Positions 24,475 through 33,016 of a stretch of 38,155 bases of DNA are shown piece by piece (positions within the stretch are counted from its first letter, which is position 1; each line of letters begins with the position of its first letter). Origin of the DNA: an uncultured Hyphomicrobiales bacterium (GTDB lineage Bacteria > Pseudomonadota > Alphaproteobacteria > Rhizobiales > BM303); assembly GCA_964542565.1 (NCBI GenBank), contig CAZIVB010000002.1, positions 1-38,155 on the forward strand, read 5' to 3'. A program made the translations under genes and the position numbers. Under the pieces are notes generated by a model that saw nothing but the letters and a program-made list of their open reading frames with translations, was not told the DNA's origin and ran no database searches.

Positions 24475-25539
24475 CTAATAGGCGTATTGCTGCTGATAAA
24501 CGCCTGTAGTCGGCTCCTTCACGTCCGTGTTTTTAAAAGCATCATATCCCGCGCCAAAAACGGCGTCTCCGACATACGAGCCGAGCGTCTTCGCGGCGAT
24601 ATGCGACAGCCCCCCGGTTTCCGGTGCAAGGGGCGCCAGCAGGGCTTGAGCAAGCGTCGCCCCCAAAGAGGCCCCAAGTGATTTGAACGCCGATTTGGCG
24701 GCGCTGTCCGCCACATTCCCGGCGCCTCCGTCCTTTTGCGCTGCCCGCCCTCCGCTCAGCAGGACATTGAAGATGCTGTGAGCCAGACCAAGTTTGCCGG
24801 CCTTCTTGCCCGGAAGCCCGTTGAGCAGATGCCCCATGCCGTTGTTTACAAACGACAGATCAGGGGGAGGGCCGGAGGGCGGGGGCTGAAACCCGGGGAT
24901 AAGCGGCCCTCCGCCAAATCCGGGTGGAAGCAGCGGGCGCTCGCCGCGCGCCGCGCGGGCATCGGCGGGTGATTTGTAAGACGGCCCCGCCGGGCCAATC
25001 GTCGAGCCATACCGGTCCCCAGGCCGCCGTGGCTTGAGGGAAGGGAAGAATTTCGATGCCGCCGGACTATGCACGGCCGGCACATAGGGCGCCGGGGGCG
25101 CCGGGGGCGTGTAAAGAGTGGGCGGCGGCAGCGCCGTGGTTCCGCTCTGGACAGTCCCGGGCGGACTGGCCCCCGGATAGCCGGTTCCGTAAACAGGCAC
25201 GGGAACATTCGACGGCTGCATCAACGGCAGCTTGTAAACGCTGGAGGAAGGATAAGGATTGACGCGTCTCTTCCTCGCCTTTCTGACTTTTTTCCGTCTC
25301 TTGTTCTTGTAGTACACCCGGCCGGAACGCCTTGAAGGCCGGACATATCTCCGCCGTGAGGAAGGCTTCTTTTTCACCATCCTGTTTCTGAGGTTTTCAA
25401 GGCTGTTGCCGCCGCCGCCGCCGCCGCCGCAACATGCAGCGGCGTCCGTTGCAAAAGCCGCCGCCATGAAGCTGGCGAGAACCCCCGTCAATACAACAAC
25501 GCCGATAGATTTGAAATAAGCTGAAAACGGGATGACCAT
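24475..25539 (-). CDS. secreted oligo-Gly / polybasic / proline-rich protein Q2 (354 aa), architectural paralogue of Q1
   Basis: ATG 25539 is preceded by GGGAGAG. The signal is SIGVVVLTGVLASFMAAAFA|TD. It is followed by CCGGGGGGG, KKKPSSRRRYVRPSRRSGRVYYKNKRRKKVRKARKRR, a Pro-rich middle and a Gly/Ala-rich C-terminus with ...GAGYDAF.... Confidence 0.75.
   Translation of the reverse strand: MVIPFSAYFKSIGVVVLTGVLASFMAAAFATDAAACCGGGGGGGNSLENLRNRMVKKKPSSRRRYVRPSRRSGRVYYKNKRRKKVRKARKRRVNPYPSSSVYKLPLMQPSNVPVPVYGTGYPGASPPGTVQSGTTALPPPTLYTPPAPPAPYVPAVHSPAASKFFPSLKPRRPGDRYGSTIGPAGPSYKSPADARAARGERPLLPPGFGGGPLIPGFQPPPSGPPPDLSFVNNGMGHLLNGLPGKKAGKLGLAHSIFNVLLSGGRAAQKDGGAGNVADSAAKSAFKSLGASLGATLAQALLAPLAPETGGLSHIAAKTLGSYVGDAVFGAGYDAFKNTDVKEPTTGVYQQQYAY
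25408..25430. repeat. (GCC)7 trinucleotide repeat, encodes Gly7 of Q2
   Basis: Seven uninterrupted GCC units plus GC, read directly from the sequence. The repeat is in frame. Confidence 0.9.
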
Positions 25540-25612
25540 GAATGCTCTCCCAGTAATACCTTGCACCTTAGCTGGGCATTCTACACTTTTTCAGCGTCTA
25601 AATCATTATCTT

Positions 25613-26146
25613 TCAGTGAGACATTTCGGCGCATCTGAATTCGCCAAGCCTGGCGCGGAGCCTTTGTTCGTAAACCCTGAAGGGCCGGAAGGCCCGCAGA
25701 ACAATAAGTCCGCTCACGCTGGCATCCTGGATAATCAGCGTCTTTTCATCCGCCTCGATATCGCGCTCCTTGGTGTCGATAATCAGATCGATTTTCTTAA
25801 ACACCTGATAAGAATCATTTAAGGCAAACCGGTTCCTTCCCCTGGTGTCATAAACCGCTATTGACCAGTAATCCCCCGTGAGCGGTCCGGTAAAGCGCAC
25901 CGGAGCCTGTCTTGCGTCATAGCGGCAGACGAGGATTTCCATATCCGGGTTTTCTCTGGCAAAAAGCGTCTTTTGACCCGGGGCCGGCGTAAATCTGGCG
26001 AGGGAGTTGACACCAAGAGAGGAGCGAGCGTTTGCGCTGGCGCTTTTGGGCGCAAAAGCGGGCAGGGAGATGATAGTGACGATATGCACCAGGGCGGCCA
26101 GAAGGCAAACGGCAACGCTCCAGAACATGAAACGCACAATCAGCAT
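25613..26146 (-). CDS. small membrane-anchored DUF1254-like protein
   Basis: 177 aa with an N-terminal TM (FWSVAVCLLAALVHIVTIISLPAF) and a ...DYWSIAVYD... block. The start has an AGGAG RBS and overlaps the upstream stop by 7 nt. Confidence 0.6.
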   Translation of the reverse strand: MLIVRFMFWSVAVCLLAALVHIVTIISLPAFAPKSASANARSSLGVNSLARFTPAPGQKTLFARENPDMEILVCRYDARQAPVRFTGPLTGDYWSIAVYDTRGRNRFALNDSYQVFKKIDLIIDTKERDIEADEKTLIIQDASVSGLIVLRAFRPFRVYEQRLRARLGEFRCAEMSH

Positions 26147-26712
26147 TTTGTTCTCCTGATCGTTGGCAGAGGCGTACGGGCGGGATCGGAGACATAGGTC
26201 CGCGAGGGGTTGTAAAGCCGCAAAATCAGCTGGCGCCTCCCGTCCTCGCCGCCGGGCAGCCAGTTCCCCGGACGCGCTTCGGGCGAAAGCACCAGATGGA
26301 TCGTGTCTTTGCCGCTGCGAATGATGTTTTCACTGTTAAAACCATATCTCCTCGCCGGGTTGCGGATAAAATTGCCGCTTTCATCGTAAAGCGACAGCGA
26401 CCATCTGCTGGCGTCGATCACTTTGCCATCCAGGGAATATGTGCAGCGCGCATCAAGCTTGCGCCCCTGATCGTCCGCGGCGGCGAAAAAATACATCACC
26501 TCGAGCGCCTTGGCCGGAAGCATGCCGCTGCGGATAAAATGAGCAATTGTATAGGGATCGGAATCAGGAGCCCCGGCGTTGCGGCGCAGCACCCATGGGC
26601 CGTATTTCAACCTGAAAAAACCGTGCTCGTCTTCCAGCGCATACCAGGCCGAACCAATACCCAGAACTGTGCCGAGGATCAAAAACACAGCATATTTATA
26701 AAATGCGCTCAA
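26140..26712 (-). CDS. small membrane-anchored DUF1214-like protein
   Basis: 190 aa with an N-terminal TM (YAVFLILGTVLGIGSAWYAL) and D.QGRKLDARCTYSLDG....RWSLSLYD, which resembles the DUF1214 core. Confidence 0.6.
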   Translation of the reverse strand: MSAFYKYAVFLILGTVLGIGSAWYALEDEHGFFRLKYGPWVLRRNAGAPDSDPYTIAHFIRSGMLPAKALEVMYFFAAADDQGRKLDARCTYSLDGKVIDASRWSLSLYDESGNFIRNPARRYGFNSENIIRSGKDTIHLVLSPEARPGNWLPGGEDGRRQLILRLYNPSRTYVSDPARTPLPTIRRTKC

Positions 26713-26811
26713 ACGCCCCCCCGTGTTTCTCCTGATGATCAGAGTGAAAGACTTAATTCATTTTTAGCCGCGAGACAAAACATTATCGGATTGATACAGC
26801 TTCGCGCTGTG

Positions 26812-29124
26812 TTACCGGTCATTCTGCCATGACTTCCACCGGCGTTGCCGGCTGTTGCGATTGTTGAGTTTTTGCGCCTTCCGGTTGCGCACGCCCCGGC
26901 GGCTGAAATCCTTGCGTTTTCTGACCCGTCCGTTTCCATAGCCCCTGATATCGCCGGTAATGCGTGTCCGGCTGGGCGGTGTATTGGTAAAATAATCGTT
27001 TTCTTCATTGCCGAAAGGCGAGCGGTATGTGCGGTAAACCCGTCGTCTTTCCGAATAAGGATCGCTTCCATAGGGCCGGTTCATGGCCCGGCGTTCATCG
27101 TCGAGGAAGCTGTCATCGCCAAACCCGTCATTCATATAGCCATAGCCGCCTTCATTTCCGGCCCCTTCATTGCTGCGCAGGAGCGCAACCTGCGGCATGC
27201 GCAGCTGGTCTTTGGAATAGACCGAGGTCATGAATCTCTGCCAGGTGATGGCCGGAACGCTGCCCCCCGTCATCCGGCGCATCGGGCGGTAATCATCATT
27301 GCCGAACCAGACCGCGGTGGAAAGCTGGCCGGTATAACCGACAAACCAGGCATCGCGGTACCCCTGGGTGGTGCCGGTTTTACCCGCCGCGACCGTATCT
27401 TTCAGCCGCGCCCGCCGGCCGGTTCCGTCAGTGATCACATGCGCCAGCATCATATTGAGATCGGCAATATAGCTGGGAGAGAAAATCTGCTGCGCTTTGG
27501 GTGCGTCCCTGTCATGGTTGTAGATAACCTTGTCGGTGTCCAGGGTGCGGATTTCAAGCACCGCAAAGGGCCGGACGGCCCGGCCGCCATTGGCGAATGT
27601 CGCATAAGCGCCCGCCATCTCGATAACCGAAATTTCGGACGTTCCCAGCGGCAAGGAGCGGTTGGGAACCAGCTTGGAATGAATTCCCAGTTTTTGCGCC
27701 GTGCGGATAATATTTTTACGGCCGACTTCTTCGGCAATTTTGATCGGTATCGTGTTGATCGAGCGTTTCAGCGCCGTGGTCAACGTGACTTCGCCGCGAT
27801 AGCGCCGGTTATAGTTTTTGGGCGACCAGTCGCCAATCGTCACCGGGCTGTCATAAACGATATCATAGGGCTTGTAGCCATCGCGGAGCGCGGTGAGATA
27901 GACAAACGGCTTGAAAGCGGAGCCGGGCTGGCGTTTGGCGTCGGTTGCGCGGTTAAACTGGCTGGTGCCGTAATCCTTGCCCCCCACCAGGGCGCGCACC
28001 GCGCCGTCAGGCGCCACGGCGGCAAGCGCCGCCTGATCCACATTATAGCTGCGCGAATTCGTCCGCAGCGCCGAGAGAATGACGTAATCCGCCTTTTGCT
28101 GGATATGAGGATCAACCGTGGTCTTGACCTTGAGCGCATAGGCCCGGCCTTTGGTCAGTTTTTTTGTTTCAGCAAAGGCGTAATCGAGGAAATAATTGGG
28201 ATTAAAGCGGTATCTCTCATTCTGCCGGACAACTTCCGCCGGGCTCAGCTTGGCGCTGATAATATCGCCCTGGGTGGCAAAGCCGGCAGTCACCATGCGG
28301 TCGAGCACCAGCGAAGCCCGGGCTCTGGCGGCGGGCAGGTTGCGTGTTGGCGAATAGCGCGACGGGGCCTTGAACAAGCCGGCCAGCATGGCCGCTTCCG
28401 CCAGACTGACCTGGCGGATGGATTTGCCGAAATAGGCCTGGGCCGCCGCCTCGGCGCCAAAGGTGCCCGCGCCCATATAGGCCCGGTCGAGATAGAGCTT
28501 GAGGATTTCCTTCTTGCTCAGCCGCGCCTCGATCCACAGCGCCAGAAACGCCTCGTGGATTTTACGGCGGATGGTTTTTTCCGAGGATAAAAACAGGTTC
28601 TTCGCCAGTTGCTGGGTCAAGGTGGAGCCGCCCTGAACAATGCCGCTGGCCCGCACATTCGCCATCAGCGCCCGCATGGTGCCGACAATATCAATCCCGA
28701 AATGGGAGAAAAAGCGGCTGTCTTCAATCGCCAGCACCGCGCCGATGAAAATCGGCGGAAACTCTTCCAGCGGCACGGTATTGTTATGCAAAATACCGCG
28801 CTGGCCGATTTCATTGCCGTTGACATCGGTGAAGACCACGCTATAGCGCTGGTTCTGGGTCCAGATGTCGTCGCTGTCTTCAATTTCGGGAAGGGCGTAG
28901 CCGACAATGCCGATCGCAAAAATGAGGACAGGAAGTATGGCTTCGGAGGTGATCTCAAGGCAAAACCGCGGAAAACCACGCACATAAATCCGTTCAAACA
29001 GGCTGGCAAAATTGAGCCAGCTCTCGCGCAATCGCTGCCCGAGCAGAAAGGAGAAGTCGTTGATCCGGCCATCAGCCGCCAGCATCGCCTTCTTGAGCTT
29101 TTCTATATTGGAGCGTTTTGACAC
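26812..29124 (-). CDS. bifunctional class A penicillin-binding protein (PBP1A family: glycosyltransferase + transpeptidase)
   Basis: 770 aa. GT51 motifs: AIEDSRFFSHFGID, GGSTLTQQLAKN, RKI.E. Transpeptidase motifs: SAFKP (SxxK), SIN (SxN), KTGTT. It ends in a ~120-aa Arg/Asn/Gly/Tyr-rich low-complexity tail. Confidence 0.9.
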   Translation of the reverse strand: MSKRSNIEKLKKAMLAADGRINDFSFLLGQRLRESWLNFASLFERIYVRGFPRFCLEITSEAILPVLIFAIGIVGYALPEIEDSDDIWTQNQRYSVVFTDVNGNEIGQRGILHNNTVPLEEFPPIFIGAVLAIEDSRFFSHFGIDIVGTMRALMANVRASGIVQGGSTLTQQLAKNLFLSSEKTIRRKIHEAFLALWIEARLSKKEILKLYLDRAYMGAGTFGAEAAAQAYFGKSIRQVSLAEAAMLAGLFKAPSRYSPTRNLPAARARASLVLDRMVTAGFATQGDIISAKLSPAEVVRQNERYRFNPNYFLDYAFAETKKLTKGRAYALKVKTTVDPHIQQKADYVILSALRTNSRSYNVDQAALAAVAPDGAVRALVGGKDYGTSQFNRATDAKRQPGSAFKPFVYLTALRDGYKPYDIVYDSPVTIGDWSPKNYNRRYRGEVTLTTALKRSINTIPIKIAEEVGRKNIIRTAQKLGIHSKLVPNRSLPLGTSEISVIEMAGAYATFANGGRAVRPFAVLEIRTLDTDKVIYNHDRDAPKAQQIFSPSYIADLNMMLAHVITDGTGRRARLKDTVAAGKTGTTQGYRDAWFVGYTGQLSTAVWFGNDDYRPMRRMTGGSVPAITWQRFMTSVYSKDQLRMPQVALLRSNEGAGNEGGYGYMNDGFGDDSFLDDERRAMNRPYGSDPYSERRRVYRTYRSPFGNEENDYFTNTPPSRTRITGDIRGYGNGRVRKRKDFSRRGVRNRKAQKLNNRNSRQRRWKSWQNDR

Positions 29125-29228
29125 GGGGGCTGTACTAATTCCTTACAATTCTTTTGCAGGCCGGTGTATGAAGCTGATATTTACAAGGATCATGCCAGTA
29201 CACTGAACAAAACGGATATCATGAATTT

Positions 29229-29705
29229 ATGGCGACAATAGAGCACGATAACGGCGTTATACCATTCTGGCGTGAAAAAACTCTTGAGGAAATGAACCCT
29301 GACGAGTGGGAATCGCTTTGCGATGGTTGCGCAAGATGCTGCCTGTTGCAACTGGTTGATGAAGAAACCGGCGCATTGGCGGTCACCGGGGTTGCCTGCG
29401 CCCTGCTGGACCCGCAAAGCTGCACATGCGGTGACTACGAAAAGCGCGAATTCAAGGTCATCGGCTGTTTGCGTTTGACGCCCGAGCTTGTTCGCAGCCT
29501 GGACTGGCTGCCCGTGACCTGCGCCTATCGCCTGCTGGCCGAGGGGCATGATCTTCCCGCCTGGCATCCGCTGGTTTCGGGTGATCCGCAAAGCGTGCAT
29601 AACGCCGGGATTTCCGTTCAGGGAAAAACCGTGTCCGAGAACGACATTGATCCTGAAGATCTCGGGGACTGGATAATTTCCAGTGATACTGAGGAAAAGC
29701 CATAA
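29229..29705 (+). CDS. ycgN: YcgN-family cysteine-cluster protein (UPF0260)
   Basis: FWREKTLEEMNPDEWESLCDGCARCCL...C.LLD...C.C.DY is the characteristic YcgN layout. Confidence 0.85.
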   Translation: MATIEHDNGVIPFWREKTLEEMNPDEWESLCDGCARCCLLQLVDEETGALAVTGVACALLDPQSCTCGDYEKREFKVIGCLRLTPELVRSLDWLPVTCAYRLLAEGHDLPAWHPLVSGDPQSVHNAGISVQGKTVSENDIDPEDLGDWIISSDTEEKP

Positions 29706-29797
29706 AACAAAAACACGTAATATGTTATTATATTTGATTGATTCGGCCAATTATCCCCGGTAAAGAAAAAAATATCACAAAAAATGTAAAAAACAGC

Positions 29798-29827
29798 TTG
29801 ACGGCGTAACGCTGTTTGGGGTAGTGT
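29798..29827 (+). promoter_or_regulatory. possible promoter upstream of the GTA cluster
   Basis: TTGACG-N17/18-(G)TAGTGT lies ~85 nt upstream of the first GTA ORF. The -10 is weak, and GTA promoters are known to be activator-dependent. Confidence 0.2.
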
Positions 29828-29911
29828 CCTCTACAGTCAGACAGTTGCGTTTGGGGCCCCTTCTTCTTCCCGGCCCGCGCCCGGATCAAATGACGAATAG
29901 CTGAAATTGTA

Positions 29912-30442
29912 ATGAAATCCAAAACCCCCGCCGACTGGCGAAAGGTGCGTGAAGCCTATTGTAACACCGCCATGCCCGTGCGGGATATCTGTGCCCGGTT
30001 TTCGGTCAGCGAAACATCTGTGTACCGTCATATAAAGCTTGAGAACTGGCCCCGGCGAAGCGAAACCAGGCGCTCCGGCGCGGCAAACAAAACCAAACCC
30101 GATAAGATGACATCAGAAGCCGCTGACATGGTTTCGCGTCTCTCGGGCGTATTCCTAAAACAATTGCGCGAGGCCGAGGCCGCCGCGAACGCCCCCGGGG
30201 CAAGCGCCGCGGAGCGCGAGCGCGCCGGCCGGGCGCTCAGCGTATTGTGGAAAAACTATGAAAAACTGAAAGAGCATGAAGAGATGCAGACCGTGGACGA
30301 CAGTAAAACCGACACCGGAAAACCGGCCGGATGGCAAAGCGGCGAGGAGGAGCGCCTGCGTAAGGAAATTTATAAGCGCCTCACTCGCATGTTGCAAAAA
30401 CGGCGAACTGAACGCGCTGCTAAAAAAACTAAGCCTGAGTGA
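29912..30442 (+). CDS. GTA g1-like small terminase candidate (HTH protein)
   Basis: 176 aa. The N-terminal HTH (VRDICARFSVSETSVYRHIK), the charged coiled-coil-like C-terminus, and the position immediately upstream of TerL all fit a small terminase. Confidence 0.6.
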   Translation: MKSKTPADWRKVREAYCNTAMPVRDICARFSVSETSVYRHIKLENWPRRSETRRSGAANKTKPDKMTSEAADMVSRLSGVFLKQLREAEAAANAPGASAAERERAGRALSVLWKNYEKLKEHEEMQTVDDSKTDTGKPAGWQSGEEERLRKEIYKRLTRMLQKRRTERAAKKTKPE

Positions 30443-31682
30443 TCTGGATTTTCTCATCCATGACTGGCAGCTCTGGGCGCGTGATGACCAGTTGCCGCCG
30501 CCAGGCGACTGGACCACCTGGCTGTTGCTGGGCGGGCGCGGCTCGGGCAAGACCCGGGCCGGGGCGGAATGGGTCCGCATGCTGGCAACGGGTTCCTGGC
30601 CTTATGAAAAGCTGGGGGCCCAGCGTATCGCCCTTGTGGCCGAGACCATGGCCGATGCCCGCGATGTGATGGTTGAGGGCGAATCGGGTCTTCTGGCCAT
30701 CCATGCCGATCATGAGCGCCCCGACTACATATCCTCGCGCCGCCGTCTGGAATGGAAAAACGGCGCTGTCGCCTATCTGTTTTCGGCTGAAGATCCCGAT
30801 AGCCTGCGCGGCCACCAGTTTACCGCCGCCTGGTCGGACGAGTTGGCCAAGTGGCGCTATCCGCAAGCCACATGGGACATGCTGCAATTTGCCCTGCGGC
30901 TGGGGGCGCGCCCGCGCCAGATAGTGACCACAACCCCGCGCCCCATCGCGCTCTTGAAGGATTTGCTGGCCCGCGATGATGTCATAACCGACCGCGCCAC
31001 AACCAGCTGCAATGCCGATAATCTCGCCCCGGCCTTTTTTGCCGCTGTCATCCACCGCTATGAAGGCACCCGCCTTGGCCGCCAGGAGATGATGGCCGAA
31101 ATCCTGGACGATAATCCGGACGCCTTATGGCGGCGCGATCTGCTGGAGCGGGTCACCAAAAAGGGTCATCCGCCGCTGGAACGCATTGTCGTTGCCGTTG
31201 ACCCGCCGGTCAGCCGCGGCAAGGGGGCCGATGCCTGCGGGATCATCGCGGCGGGCCTTGCCTCTGACGGCATGGCCTATGTGCTTGAAGATGCCAGCAT
31301 ACAGGGGCTGCGCCCGCGTGACTGGGCGGCCCATGCGATCGGCATATACAGGAAATACGGCGCCGATTGCCTGATCGCCGAGGTCAATCAGGGCGGCGAA
31401 ATGGTGCGCGATGTGTTGAACCAGATCGATGAAACCCTGAGCTATCGCCCGGTCCACGCCAAACGCGGCAAATGGCTGCGCGCCGAGCCGGTGGCCATGC
31501 TCTACGAGCAGGGCTGGGTTCGCCATGCCGGCGCGATGCCCGAACTTGAAGATGAAATGTGCGCCTTTACCGCCGATGGCCGCGCCAACGGCCACAGCCC
31601 CGACCGCCTTGACGCCCTCGTCTGGGCGCTGACGGAACTCAAACTCACCCGCAGCGCCGCCCCGCGCGTGCGCTCAATCTAG
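30276..31682 (+). CDS. GTA/phage terminase large subunit (g2); start uncertain
   Basis: Conserved from ...LSDLDFLIHDWQLWARDDQLPP, with Walker A GGRGSGKTRAGAEWV and nuclease-domain blocks downstream. The only canonical start in this frame is ATG 30276, 167 nt inside the upstream ORF. Confidence 0.85.
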   Translation: MKRCRPWTTVKPTPENRPDGKAARRSACVRKFISASLACCKNGELNALLKKLSLSDLDFLIHDWQLWARDDQLPPPGDWTTWLLLGGRGSGKTRAGAEWVRMLATGSWPYEKLGAQRIALVAETMADARDVMVEGESGLLAIHADHERPDYISSRRRLEWKNGAVAYLFSAEDPDSLRGHQFTAAWSDELAKWRYPQATWDMLQFALRLGARPRQIVTTTPRPIALLKDLLARDDVITDRATTSCNADNLAPAFFAAVIHRYEGTRLGRQEMMAEILDDNPDALWRRDLLERVTKKGHPPLERIVVAVDPPVSRGKGADACGIIAAGLASDGMAYVLEDASIQGLRPRDWAAHAIGIYRKYGADCLIAEVNQGGEMVRDVLNQIDETLSYRPVHAKRGKWLRAEPVAMLYEQGWVRHAGAMPELEDEMCAFTADGRANGHSPDRLDALVWALTELKLTRSAAPRVRSI

Positions 31683-31707
31683 ATACACCTGGCAGGAGGG
31701 AAAGGTT

Positions 31708-32895
31708 TTGCTTTATCAACGCCTTATTGACTGGATTCGCCCCGCATCCAGCGAAACCAAACAAAGCGCCACCGCGCCTCTGATCGCCCTGAATGCCCAT
31801 GGCCGGCCGGTCTGGACACCGCGCAACTATACGGCGCTGGCCAAAGAAGGCTTCATGCGCAATCCGGTGGCCTATCGCTGTGTGCGCATGATTGCCGAAG
31901 CCGCTGCTTCCATCCCCTTTACCCTGCGCGAAGGGGCAGGCGAACTGGACCGGCACCCGCTGCTTGATCTGCTGAAAAAGCCAAACCCGGTGACGGGCGG
32001 GGCCGAGTTTTTTGAAGACTGGTACAGCTATCTGCAAATCGCCGGCAATGCCTATTTCGAGGCGGTTTCGCTGGAGAGTGAAATACGCGAGCTTTATGTC
32101 CTGCGCCCCGACCGGGTCAAGGTGATCCCCGGCCCCGAAGGCTGGCCGTCCGCTTATGAATATTCCGCCGGTGGCCGTTCCGTCCGCTTCGCGCAGGATA
32201 CCCTAAATGGCATCGCGCCCATCTACCATATGGCCCTGTTTCACCCCGACAGCGATCATTATGGCATGAGCCCGCTTGAAGCGGCCGCCTGCGCCATCGA
32301 TATCCACAATGCCGCCGGAGCCTGGAACAAGGCGCTTCTCGACAACTCCGCCCGCCCCTCCGGCGCTCTGGTTTATCAGGGCAGGGGGGGGAACTCCAAT
32401 CTGAGCGAAGACCAGTTCGCCCGGCTGAAAGCCGAGTTGGAAGGCGCTTTTCAGGGCATGAAAAACGCCGGCCGTCCCATGTTGCTCGAAGGCGGTCTCG
32501 ACTGGAAATCCATGGGCTATTCCCCGCGTGAAATGGACTTTATCGACGCCAAGCACACCGCCGCGCGTGATATCGCCCTGGCCTTTGGCGTCCCGCCCAT
32601 GCTGCTGGGCATCCCCGGTGACAACACCTTTTCAAATTATGCCGAAGCCAACCGCAATTTCTGGCGTCAGACCATATTGCCGCTTGTTGCCAAAACCGCA
32701 AACGCCCTGACCAACTGGATAGGCCCGGCCTATGGGAACGATCTGCATCTTGGCTTCAACCCGGACCGGATCGAAGCGTTAAGGCTTGAGCGTGAAGCCT
32801 TGTGGAAACGCATTGGCGCGGCCGATTTTCTGACCCCGGACGAAAAGCGCGCCGCGATCGGTTACGGCCCGCTTGATGAGGACAGCCCCGCATAA
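31708..32895 (+). CDS. HK97-family phage portal protein (GTA g3)
   Basis: 395 aa. The TTG start lies 7 nt after GGAGGG. YRCVRMIAEAAASIPF, GNAYFE, MSPLEAA and FGVPPMLLGIPGDNTFSNY are typical portal blocks. Confidence 0.9.
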   Translation: MLYQRLIDWIRPASSETKQSATAPLIALNAHGRPVWTPRNYTALAKEGFMRNPVAYRCVRMIAEAAASIPFTLREGAGELDRHPLLDLLKKPNPVTGGAEFFEDWYSYLQIAGNAYFEAVSLESEIRELYVLRPDRVKVIPGPEGWPSAYEYSAGGRSVRFAQDTLNGIAPIYHMALFHPDSDHYGMSPLEAAACAIDIHNAAGAWNKALLDNSARPSGALVYQGRGGNSNLSEDQFARLKAELEGAFQGMKNAGRPMLLEGGLDWKSMGYSPREMDFIDAKHTAARDIALAFGVPPMLLGIPGDNTFSNYAEANRNFWRQTILPLVAKTANALTNWIGPAYGNDLHLGFNPDRIEALRLEREALWKRIGAADFLTPDEKRAAIGYGPLDEDSPA

Positions 32896-33016
32896 TATCC
32901 GCCATTAACGAAAACAGCCGGAAGCCATTGCGAACATCGAAAATCCGCGACTGAGGCCCGATTGGTTTTTTTCCGTTTTCACCGGAATGACGGATTGGGT
33001 GAACCAAGGAGTTCCC

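Noticed and set aside
26845-28590. 581-aa + strand ORF opposite the PBP1A gene
   Set aside because: It is antisense to a gene with complete GT51 and transpeptidase motifs. Its composition is Arg/Gly/Ala-dominated and it has no start context.
30429-31055. 208-aa - strand ORF inside TerL
   Set aside because: It is an antisense shadow of a well-conserved terminase gene.
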